NCBI GenBank assembly: GCA_025786725.1
Contig: JAHLTZ010000017.1
Coordinates: 310,001 to 374,000, forward strand
From: Syncephalis fuscata S228
Taxonomy: Eukaryota > Fungi > Zoopagomycota
DNA length: 64,000 nt
Direction of reading: 5' to 3'
Part shown: positions 26,595 to 37,730 of the stretch, piece after piece
Layout: the number at the start of each line of letters is the position of its first letter
Numbering within the stretch: position 1 is the first letter of the stretch
Notes under the pieces: generated by a model
What the model was told of the DNA's origin: nothing
Seen by the model: the letters and a program-made list of their open reading frames with translations, nothing else
The model's database searches: none
Made by a program: the position numbers and the translations under genes

Positions 26595-28624
26595 TTATTT
26601 GTTAAACGTAAAGCCGCCCTTCTTCTTGTGTTTATCGCTGCCGGGTGTCACTGGACGGCCACCCATCTCAAGTCGCTTCTTCTTCTCTTCAAGCTCGCAC
26701 GTTGTTTCTCCACGCATCTTTCATCTCCTTATGACGTGCATATAGCTCTTCCTCGCTTTGCTTAAGCTTCGATTCCTTTTCTTGTACCTTTTGCTGGAAC
26801 ACCAGACGCATTTCCGCTTCCATCTTTTGCATCTTGGCCTCGTGTTGGCGTTTCTCTTCTTCCATACGAGCAATTGGATTGACTTCCTGGAATACCGATG
26901 GATCTTGAGTGATGCCCATGGACTGTAGCTTGCCGGTACGATAGTTTTCGTATAGCACATCGGCTGTATGTTGTTTCAGCTCCTCCATATGCGTACGAAT
27001 AAGCATTTGACGTAGCTTGACAAAGTCATTATGCTCTTCGTTATCAACTATTGTTGCCATTCATTAATGTATATATATATATATATTGGTATTAATAAAT
27101 AATTTTGCTACTATGCACTAATCAATTACCTTCGATAACACCCCATGGATATTGACGGCCACGTACTTGACGCCGCCAACCTCTACGATTGAGTCGCTGC
27201 CTACAATGGCAAATGGAATTTTGTTCTATAAATAAAAACGTCGTTAGTTTATAAGACAGCCAATATATGCGTATGTGCTTATTAATTGCACCAATATACT
27301 TACCATAATTTCACGATTTTCAGCAATTGTCTCTGGATCATCGTATTCATATTGCGGCGCTTGGAAGATTTGAATCTTATGGAACTGGATATCGGCCAGG
27401 ATACGTTTCTTAAAATCGCCAATTTCCTCTTCAGTCAACGTGTCCGACTTGGCAATGACGGGGATCAAGTTGACGCGTGTATGAAGGCGACGCATAAATT
27501 CAATGTCCAATGGTTTTAGTCTAGTGGAGTATATATATATATATAGCATGATTAATATTGGTATTACAATTCAATTGGCCGCAATAACAAGCGGAGAAGA
27601 ATCACTTACGCATGACCAGTCGGAGCAATAAAGTATAAACAAGAGTGGACACGGTTATCGACAATACGTTGGCGATTTACACGGGTCTCCTGCTCGAGAT
27701 AAGCATCGAAACGAGCCTCAATGTTCTCAAGGATCGGCTTCCAGCTCTCTTCGTTATTGACAAAATCACCAAAGCCCGGTGTGTCCACCACCGTAAGCTT
27801 TAGATTCACTCCATTTTCTTTAATATCTATTATCGATGACAATAAAGTAGCAATAATACCATTGTGCGTCAGCCATCGATTGTTATGGCAGTGCTAGATA
27901 TCTAGTTATGACGCAACTTACCAGCACTGATGGCTTGGATATCGACCGTCTTTGGTGTCTCATGCGAAGGAGAAGCACCATCCTTGGGTGGATAGAGCGA
28001 TGTGTTGAACAGTGTATTGATTAGAGTCGATTTGCCAAGACCGGATTCACCTAATAAACAATGGCACAAATATTAGTGAACAATTACAAAGCGGCTTTAA
28101 CTAGTCTAATCCACTTACCAACGACCATAACCGTAAAGTGAAATCCTTTTTTCACCGACTTGCGATGAACTTGATTAGGTAGATTGGCAAAACCGACATA
28201 GCCTTGCAACTGCTTTTTCTTCGCTGGCACGGCCTAATTGATAATAACAATAACAATAATAATGATACCACGTTATTAGAATGATAGAACGAAAATAATT
28301 GGCCAATAATTATTATAACTGGCTATTAACCAACAAACATGCAGTAAAATTCAAGGCGCGTTTATACTTTATCTGGACCTTTCTATTATATAGTACATAG
28401 TGATAACAAAGCTGTCCAGCCAACTGATACTCATAGCAAACGCGATTTTGCACTCTAGCCAAACAGCCAACCATTTATTACTTACTTTAGGACTTAGTTG
28501 CCGAGTGTCAATATCTAACATAGGTCATCATCATCATCAATAGTATTATATACAGTAGCGTTAGCCAACCATCTCTAATATTCAAATCGTAGCTTTCTAC
28601 TTGCAGATGATACATACCTGCCAT
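26595..28624 (-). CDS. CDC3: Septin, Cdc3/SEPT7 group; multi-exon; apparent frameshifts near the C-terminus
   Basis: Spliced start [38 protein letters not shown]; [10 protein letters not shown]; DTPGFGD; IAKSD; GRQYPWG; coiled coil [14 protein letters not shown]. Confidence 0.88.
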
Positions 28625-29281
28625 AATTGTATATATAAATTATAAGTAAAGTGAGAAAAGAGAAAGCGCGTTATCACTATGGATAGCAAAGAGTAGTAGT
28701 AGTAGTAATAGTAGTAATAGTTATGTTATGGTTGTTAGGTCGGTCTACACACAATAACTATGCGTAGAAAAGGGGCGAGGAGTGGTTATTGTTGTTATTT
28801 AGATGAACAAAGATGATGAAAACTAGCCGAGAAAGAGAGGAAAGAATATGTGTGTGAGGTGCAGCGTGTGCAAGTTATTATCTTGACAAGGTAAACGTGC
28901 CACACTTTTAAGCCATTCACACACACGCACACACACAGAGAGTGAGAGGAGAGAGATGGCACATCATTCCTTGACACAGATGGCGGCCAGTGAATTACTG
29001 ACTTGCGCGTGTTACAGCCAATCAGCATGGATCAAGCTATTTACGAATATTTCCCATTTGCTCCGTTTAAACTATCGTGTGTGTGTGTGTATGTGTGATA
29101 CTTGACGCGTGCTTATTGGTCAGGTGATATCATTACGAACTTGTTGATTAACAATCTTCGTGCTACTTACTTTATACAAAATGTAAAGAAAAGGGAAAAT
29201 AAGGAGACAAAGAGAAAGTAGGCCATTTATTATAGTAATAAAAATCATCATTGTTATTGTTATCGTAAATTTATTGTGTTA

Positions 29282-31987
29282 TTACTTAGTTACTATTTGT
29301 TCAAACAGTATACTTGCTCGATAACCGGCTCGTAGTGCTTGGCAGGACCATACATCTTTGATTTTTTGCTCATGGCTCGTGTCATAAGCATGCTGCTTTG
29401 ACTTTAAACGATGTTGACACATCAATTGCATCCGATTGACTGCTTGGCCAGTCAGTACAGCTTGATTACTATTACTATCGGATATGGCATCCATTTTATC
29501 TGGTTGTTTATCATTATCATTATCATTATCATTATCATTATCATCATTATCATCATTATCATTAGCTGCAAACAAAGGTAAAAGATGTGTTGGCCGAGAT
29601 GTAGTGCCTCGTTTGCCATTGCCACATTGTGCATGTTGATTGTGCCCCCTATAATTTGTATGCATTATTAAATGGATCACTATAATAAGACATGTTACCA
29701 TCTTACCATGCATAGATATCTCGTCCAAAGGTACTATATCTATCATGATGTTTTTGTTGTCGGGCACATCTTCAACATGCGTATCTAGTACAAGTGCGGT
29801 ATGTGTGTCACCGACGGCCATTGCATAAATACCAATAGGCTGCATTTGCTTATCCTTTTCCGAGTCTAGCGTAAATAGATATGGTTAATTACAGATTGTA
29901 TTCTATAATCTAATGACTACACTTACATTCGGTTAATTCAGATAAAGATCGTATTTTTACAGGTGTTCCTTGCGCTTGTGTAAACTTAATGATACACAAG
30001 TTAGTATTGCATACCATTTGTTGATCCATTCTATTTACCTGCCCTGTGCCTAATTGTCCGTATTGACCTGCACCACATGCATATAATTGTCGTACTGTCT
30101 CATGCTTTTTATTAAGTACATTGCGTTCTATCATAAAATAACTGACGTTGCCCCCGGCAGCAATAGAAATAACGCGGCCTTCAGATAGCCGTGTTATATT
30201 AGTGCTAGCACCTTTACCTTCTGTTGCATTATCACCACTATCGCTGTCGTCATTCAATCAATCGACCCTACGTATACTGCTGATTTTTTGTGGCGATAAT
30301 ACACGTAATCGCGATGTATTAAATCTACCTAATCCTAGTTGCTATTGGTGACGTGTTATCCTATATATAAATATGGTATATACCGTTTCCTAGCCACTTA
30401 CTCCCCATTGATTATCACCCATTGTAAAAACATCGCCGTGAACAGTTCTAATGTAGTTATTTTGTCATTTCCTCATCTAAGCACAATCACATTATCCAAC
30501 TTACCGAATCATTGTATGTTGTTGACCACATGCAACATCTGCACACTGCTCTCGTTCCAATCCATCCACAACTGGATGTAAAGTAGTATACCATGCCGCC
30601 GACTCTTCCGGTAGATTATCGCCAATGCAGTATTTGCTAGCTGGCTATCTGACTGAGATGAAACAGGTGGTTGTATTGGTAAATAGGATAAGCATGTGCA
30701 TCGGCTGCGCTAATAAATACGCGTCCTTGATCAGTCAGCGCAACAATATGATGTCCACCGGCTGCCAATTTAATAACTCTAATATTATTTATATTTGTTA
30801 TAGCAACTCATACTAAATAAATAACAACTTACTTTTCCTTATGGTTAGCATCTTGTAATTGCATAATACCATAGCCAACTTGTTTTGTCAATGTGGCCTT
30901 ATTGTTATTGTTGGAACCACTCGATGGCCATAGTGATGGCCACGACGGCCACCATGAACGATTCAATGATGGATCGAATACTCCTTTGCTTAGCTGATTG
31001 CTTGTGGCATCACGTAGTTGTTGTGTATGAGCTGCACTTAGCACTATAACACGGCCATCTGAAGTCAATCCATAGACTTTGGTATTACTATGAAATTATA
31101 TTAGTATTAGCGATTAGTTGATTATTAATGCAACATGTTTTGTTTACTTACGTTAATGCCACCTGTGTTAAAGATAGACCAGCCAGTGAACATTGAGGTC
31201 CAATCGAGGCATTTGAACTATCAAATCCATCTCCCCATTGATACAAATCTCCAGATATATCAATGGCTGCTATTATCAAATTATCAACAAAAATACTACT
31301 AGTATATGATATAATAAACCAACCTGCATGTCGACGGTTTAAAGCTACATCTCGCCATACACAGCCATCTAGACCTGGAATGGCTCGTGGTGCACTTATG
31401 ATTGCACTCGACTCCAAATCAGGTGCCACCACACGATATCTACACGATAATGAAATACTAAGCCTATTGTCACTTGTCCGCATCTACACCTACTCGTTAG
31501 AACCCCAGGCATATGTTTGAGCTGACGACGCCACTTCTCCTTTCTTTCCAATAGTCGTTTTACTGATATTTGAACGATGTGTACCTGGTAGTTGTCGCTT
31601 ATCTTCATAGAGTACACCGTCGGCCATGACAAGTTCATCACCGGCAAATAGGTCAGTATCATCGCTTTCACCGCTTACTCGTCCCTCGGCGTGAATACTA
31701 CGCGTCTTTGCGCTGAATTCAAATAAATCACCGGTTAAATGAGCAGCCCGTTGAATCCATTCATTAGCAAGTCCGGGCTGTTCGCTAATTGCATATGCAC
31801 CTCCAATAAGCCCAAGTGCGCTAACAATACCGGCTACTTCACGAGTTGTACCCACTGGCAAACTAGTTTTACTTTGAAACGGCGGCTGTGTCGTATATGA
31901 AGCATTATGAACACTAGTACTTGTCGCGCTATTAGTAGCACGTCCACGCAACGGACTACTAACCGCACGACCTACAGAACGCCACAT
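29282..31987 (-). CDS. FMP25: Mitochondrial RCC1-repeat protein (Fmp25-like)
   Basis: Presequence MWRSVGRAV, TM segment, YAWGSN, GDLYQWG, CGAGQYGQLGTG, VKIRSLSELTE and AMAVGDTHTALVL RCC1 repeats. Confidence 0.75.
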
Positions 31988-32655
31988 GACTAGCAATGTA
32001 AATAGAATACGCCTTATATACTCAAAATAGTAAAGCAAATAGCAAACGTTAAATTGCTCTTTATTGTTCACTTTTTCACTTTAATGCTATTACCATCTAG
32101 CCTTGGGTCTTTATAAATTAACTTTTTATCACATTACCAATTATGGTAATAGCAATTAATGGTGATTGCAGTATCACATGATTTATTTACACCTGGTATT
32201 CTTCACTTGCATTTTACGAAACAACAAACGGCACAGAACCTAGTTTAAATCCACTTTCCAGTGATCACCTGATCACCTAATAGTACTACAAACATCTTAG
32301 CCTTTTTAAAGAATTTACAATTTTAATCAGGTATGTAACACAATATTAAAATAGTTTCAATTAACAATTATAATGTCTATAATTTGTTTTGTTATTTGAT
32401 TAAACAAAATTAAAATGAAACCAAATGTTTATTGCTAGAATTTGGACAGCTGAATGAAAAAGCTAAATTCAGATTTGTAGTAATATAATGGTATCATTAA
32501 TTATAAGTTAAGTAAACCGGTGCATTGATCGGTAGTTGATATGCGAATGAACTAGACGGCAACTACTTAGAGGTCTTGCCGCCCCAAATGTATATCTAAA
32601 TGTATAGATTGATAATTCAGTCGTACTATCAATAGCAATGCCTTCGATAAGCCGG

Positions 32656-34515
32656 TTAATCTATGTTCATAAATTTATACAGCAAATTTCATGTAGTTAG
32701 TGTTTAAATCAACAATATATAAAATTATTTACCAACTATTAGTGCAAGTTATTAAACACACGCAGTGCATAAAGTGTAATTAGTTTATAACTATTTAATA
32801 TACAATGGCACTTACACCCTATCAACACAAGTTATTACACAAGAGCAGTACATAACATATGCTTAGTGTATCGATAATTTATATAAAATGCCACTTACGG
32901 ACTATTAATGTTGTTATTGAATACATACAGTGTATATCACATGGTCAGTATATATTTGGTTAGTACAAAGTTTCACCTACAAGCTACCAAATACACGCAG
33001 TACATAGAACATGTTTAATATACAGTTGAGTAATATACTATGTCACTTACGACCTATTGATAGCCGTTATTAAAAATGTAATCCATGCCGCATAATTAAT
33101 ATATAGCTGGTTAATATACAATGTCACTTACGTTCTATTAATACAAGCCATTAAACATACACATTGCATGGTATATATTTAGCGTATATTTGCCTAATAT
33201 ATAGAGTTATTTACCAGCTATTAATATAAGTCGTTAAACAGATAGATTGTGTGACATGTTTAACACATAACTAACTAAAACATAATTTCATTTACCAGCT
33301 ATTGATATAAGTTATTACACACACGTAGTGGATGATATATGCTTAGTAAATAGTTAATTAATATAAAATGTTATCTACCTTCTATTGGTGCAGGTTATCC
33401 ACATCAAATAATTTATGATTAGCGTATAAATAATTACTATACAATGTCACTTACTAGCTATTAATACAGATTATTACACAAATGTGCATGTCATATACTT
33501 AGTAAATTATCAATTAACATACAATGTCATTTACCAGTTGTTACTTCAAGATATTAAGCAATCACAGTACATAGCATAGGCTTAGTTTTTAGTCGATTAA
33601 TAAACAATGCCATTTACCAGCTATCGATATAGGTTATCAAGCAGACGTAGTGCATATCATATATTTAGTGAATGAACGATTAATATACAGTATCACTTAC
33701 GTTCTATCGATACAAATTATTATACAGATGAAATACCCGACATATGTTAGTACATAAATAGCTAATTTGCAATTCCACTTACTTCCTATTGATACAAGGG
33801 ATTACACATCATATGGTGCATGCTTAGTGTATAAATAATTAACATACAGTATTACTTACCCCCTAGCAATACAATTTATCATACAAGCATAGTATACAAT
33901 CTATATTTAGTGCGTAGCTATTTAATATATAATGCCATTTACCAACTATTAATATAAGCATTGCATAAACGTAGTACATAGCATATGCTTAGCATATAGT
34001 TAATTAATATGCAGCGTCATTTACCAACTATTGATACATGATATTAAACAACCACAGGGCATGATATTTTAGTATAATCGATTAATATAGCATTTTACTT
34101 ACAGGCTATTAATGTACGTTATTAAACAAATATGGTACATGTTATATGCTTAGCGTATAGCCAATAAATACACGACGTCACTTACCAACTATCAATACAG
34201 GTTAGTATACAGGCATGCATGCCACATACTTAGTGTATAGTCAATTAATACATAATTTCATTTACTTTCTATTAATACAAGTTATTAAACATAAAAATTA
34301 TATGGTGTATGTTTAGCATATAATAACTAATATATAATGACGCTTACGATCTATTAACGTGGTTTTTCAGTGTATACATTATTTAATTAAGTGAATGACT
34401 GATTATTGTAATACGACATACCACGACGGCCTAGAGTCGGCATGGCATCCACCGTAGCTGTGATAACTACCAAGGCCATAAAAATGGTACATACGACGCC
34501 AATAGAAAACTTCAT
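32656..34515 (-). CDS. Secreted prepro-peptide whose mature part is encoded by 21 consecutive 3-nt micro-exons: MKFSIGVVCTIFMALVVITATVDAMPTLGRR-DQIAFVGGKPAAKAAERPFRFD*
   Basis: Exon 1 is 34422-34515 (31 codons + G, donor GTATGT). Micro-exons (plus coordinates, minus sequence): 34348-50 ATC, 34266-68 AAA, 34186-88 TTG, 34103-05 CCT, 34025-27 TTG, 33943-45 TTG, 33860-62 GGG, 33783-85 GAA, 33701-03 AAC, 33618-20 CTG, 33535-37 CTG (acceptor CAA), 33455-57 CTA, 33379-81 AAG, 33296-98 CTG, 33215-17 CTG, 33132-34 AAC, 33051-53 GTC, 32981-83 CTT, 32899-901 TCC, 32816-18 GGT, 32733-35 TTG. Last exon starts at 32660 (AT TAA). 20/21 acceptors are TAG; all donors begin GTA. Confidence 0.8.
32661..34421 (-). 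repeat. Degenerate tandem array of intron + 3-nt exon units (70-83 bp period, 22 introns of 67-80 nt)
   Basis: Approximate minus-strand consensus: GTAAGTGACATTGTATATTAATTAACTATAYRCTAAGCATATG...TGTGTTTAATAACTTGTATTAATAG-NNN. Only the splice signals and the 3-nt spacing are nearly invariant. Confidence 0.9.
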
Positions 34516-35839
34516 GCTGGTATTGATTTGTTAAAATAAACAAGTAGAATGAACAATGCAAAATGCTAGGAATAAAATGAACAATGCAATGGTTTTGCAA
34601 AAGTAGAATGCGATGATGCTATCACTGGGTAGTTGTGTGTATTTTGTGGGCTATTTAAATATACGTCTGTCCTAGAGAATTAGAAAATGTATTCTATCGC
34701 CTATACCCTTGAGGTGCAATGTGGCCAATAAAGTGAATTCACATAATAGCTAGAAGTGCGCGTACAACAATATACCAATGACGTAGCAGTATGCAATCTA
34801 GTTCTTTATTCTAAACATGTTCGGCAATTACACAAGTGATTCAACAATGTAAATGATTTAACACATATGTTGTAAAATATGTTATCGACTGTTCTTGCGC
34901 GGTTACACAATTCAGCAATGGCGCGCAAGCTCAATCTACTAGTTTTCCAAAACAAAAACAATAAACTGTTGCACCTTTGATGTTGCCTTTGGTGTTATTT
35001 TCGCCGACAAATTCAGTTTCTAATATATTTATGAACATTGAAAACACGACTGCAATTCACTGGCACAAATAACATAATAAGATTGTATTTATTTACAATT
35101 CTTTAAACCACAAAAATGCACTGATCAGTTTTTCATGAATTATCTTGACATTTAATATTTGATTATGAAAATGAACGGTTTATTTTAGTATTGTACTACC
35201 AAATACTGCTAAAGGCTTTATCGCCAACAATTGATTGTTTTTATCAATTATTCATCGTTGTGTAATGACATTCTAATAATAAAACACTAGATTCGAGTAT
35301 CAACGTCATCGATTATTTGTTTATAAAGTGATGTAAAGGCAATAGAAAGCACCCACTAGGCCATCCTAGTTAAATATAGCTGATTTTGGGTGTACAACAG
35401 TAATATACGACATATCAATTGGCGACAATGATGTAAAAATAGTCTACTTGATAGTAACTCGATGGAAATAACCTGTTTTATTATGATTGTCATGGTTTGC
35501 AATAAGTGGACGTAGCAAATTGCATTGTTTTGAGTTGGACTAAAAGTTTGACTAGTCAACGGCTTTTAAAGGTATACGGCATTTTTATATTTAGAATACA
35601 TAACTAATATACGCTTTATATAAATATAAACATAATTGCACACACATTTATTTAATCATTAGTATTCTCATTAGTGTTGCTTTATTGTTATTAATTTGCA
35701 ATTTTGCAAGAACATATTTAAAATCCAACTTTATCAAATGGTTCCGTTTCCATAATTTTGTTTTGATTCAGTTTGCTTTGAATTTTAGCAATTTTTATCA
35801 CTTGTAACTGTAATAAATATTTATAATTATGCATTCGGC

Positions 35840-37535
35840 AGATTACAGTAATTAAATTAAGTTTATATTTGCATAAATACACTTTTAATATACTTGCTTT
35901 ATTGATGTTTTTTTAATTATTAGATGGTAATAAAATACGAAAGTAGATATAGCACACTAATTAAATATAATTGAAATGAAACCATATGTTTATTACTAAA
36001 GTTTGCACAGATGAATAGAGACGACTAATTCTGGCATATAGCAATATAATGGCGCCACTAGTTAAAGTTTAATAAACCGGAATATTGAATAAAACTTGAT
36101 ATAAGAATAGACTTGAATGGTAGTTGCTGGATGGTCTTGATTTTGCTAAATGTATACCTAAAGTTTATAGACTGGCAGCATGTTCACGTCACCAATGCCA
36201 GTGTTTTGGATGTGTCGATTACACTATTTTCATAAGTTTATACAAAATGTAACATAGTTAGCGTATAAATCAATACTATGTAATTCTACTTACTAACTAT
36301 AGATTGTTAAACACGCAGTGCGCAGTATGTTTAATGCATAGCTAATTGATATATACGTAACTTACCAGCTATTGATGGCAAATTATCGGGCACAATGCAT
36401 ATATTAATTTATAGCTAATTGCTATACAATGGCACTTACGTACTATTAGTGTCAAATTATTGGACACACAATACATAGCATATGTTAATTTATAGTTAAT
36501 TAATATACAATATCACTTACAAGCTATTAACATCAGGTAATCAAACAGTGTGTTATGTATTACCCACAGTAAATTAAACATAAATGATACATTCTATTAA
36601 TATGTAGCATTACTTACGATCTGGTAACATCGGTTAGGTAATGCAAGCAGTATTTAATTAGCTAAGTAGTTAATTATTGTAATACAATATATTACCACGA
36701 ATTGGAGCCGGCTTAGCATCCACCATGGCTGTAGCGGCTATCAAAGCCACGACAATGGCACAGATGGCGGCAATAGAAAGCTTCATGGTGATATGGATTT
36801 GTTAAGAAAAACAAACAAAATAAAAGAGTGTCTAGGGTAAAATAGATGCAATGAACGTTTGGCAGAAAGTAGAGTACGATGATAATGCTACTATTTAGTT
36901 GTGTGCATTTTGTGAGCTATTTAAGTTCATGTTTATTCCAAAGGATCAAGGAATGTATTCTATGGAATGTACGATTAAATGGAACCTAAACCAATAGGTT
37001 ACATCCATATGCTAACATAAAACATGTGTATAACAATATCAATGGTGTGTTAACATGTTGCCAAGTCTTTACTTCTATGCCCTTGGCAAATAATATACTG
37101 TAGGGTCTTTACTTTAATTTTTTAACAAATAACATGCTGCCAGATTTTACTTCAATTATTTTTAACAATTACGCAGATAAAATGGCAATATTAATGGTTC
37201 AACGTATATGTGGTGGAAATGTATATATTGATGTGTATTTTACCATTTCACATAGTTCAAACGTGCAGTGCAAACTAAATTGATTAATGCTACAGAAACA
37301 ATAGGGATGCATCGCTACACATTTGCTGTTGTTTTAGCCAAGGACCTCATTGCTCAATATCTGCATGCATCTCAAACAGCTCTTAGCGCTGATACAGCAA
37401 CAGCATCAATAAATTGGCCTTGTAGTGCTTTACGGCTATTTACTAGTGCGTAGGCTAATTATATTTTTAAATCATAAAAATGTACTGATTAGTTTGATCG
37501 TTTATTCAATTTGACATTGTAATCATTGCTTAAAA
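35840..37535 (+). repeat. About 1.7-kb duplication, copy B (intact copy)
   Basis: Matches 5496-7179. Confidence 0.95.
36219..36786 (-). CDS. Secreted peptide with five 3-nt micro-exons: MKLSIAAICAIVVALIAATAMVDAKPAPIR-DPLPVM*
   Basis: Exon 1 is 36696-36786 (30 codons + G, donor GTAATA). Micro-exons: 36618-20 ATC (CAG acceptor), 36521-23 CTT, 36440-42 TAC, 36366-68 CTG, 36294-96 TTA. Last exon starts at 36223 (TG TAA). First intron, last intron, 3' region and promoter are homologous to the 34515 gene. Confidence 0.8.
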
Positions 37536-37730
37536 TAAGTGGTTCATTTTTAGCATTGTGTTATCAAATGTTACTACATATTTTATTATTAAATAATTAT
37601 ATAGCACAATAATTGATCTTTATAATCTTACTGTAAATATTAAACATATTCGTTTCACTAAAGATTATTTATTTAATAATTTATTTATTACAAAGTTTAA
37701 TTTTAAAGAATATAAATGCAATATTATAAA

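Noticed and set aside
29505-29562. (TCATTA)n and other microsatellites, e.g. (AGT)n near 44935 and CA-rich tracts near 26450-26505
   Set aside because: Ordinary low-complexity tracts (coding D/N runs, UTR or intron sequence).
32656-33053. C-terminal RPFRF resembling animal RFamide neuropeptides (mimicry)
   Set aside because: Amidation needs a following Gly, but the last codon is always N+AT (D/N/H/Y). Too short a match to support.
32661-34421. CRISPR-like array or simple satellite
   Set aside because: Eukaryotic context, no cas genes, degenerate repeats, and variable parts of only 3 nt bounded by splice signals. An intron/micro-exon ladder explains it better.
34403-34600. ORF-track 65-aa ORF
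   Set aside because: Out-of-frame overlap of the real leader exon (ATG at 34515).
36219-36720. KPAPIRDPLPVM as a CLE-like plant peptide mimic, or a KEP/dikaritin/MSDIN RiPP precursor
   Set aside because: Only DPL is shared with CLE peptides. No repeated cores, no MSDIN leader, and no DUF3328 or POP gene in the window.
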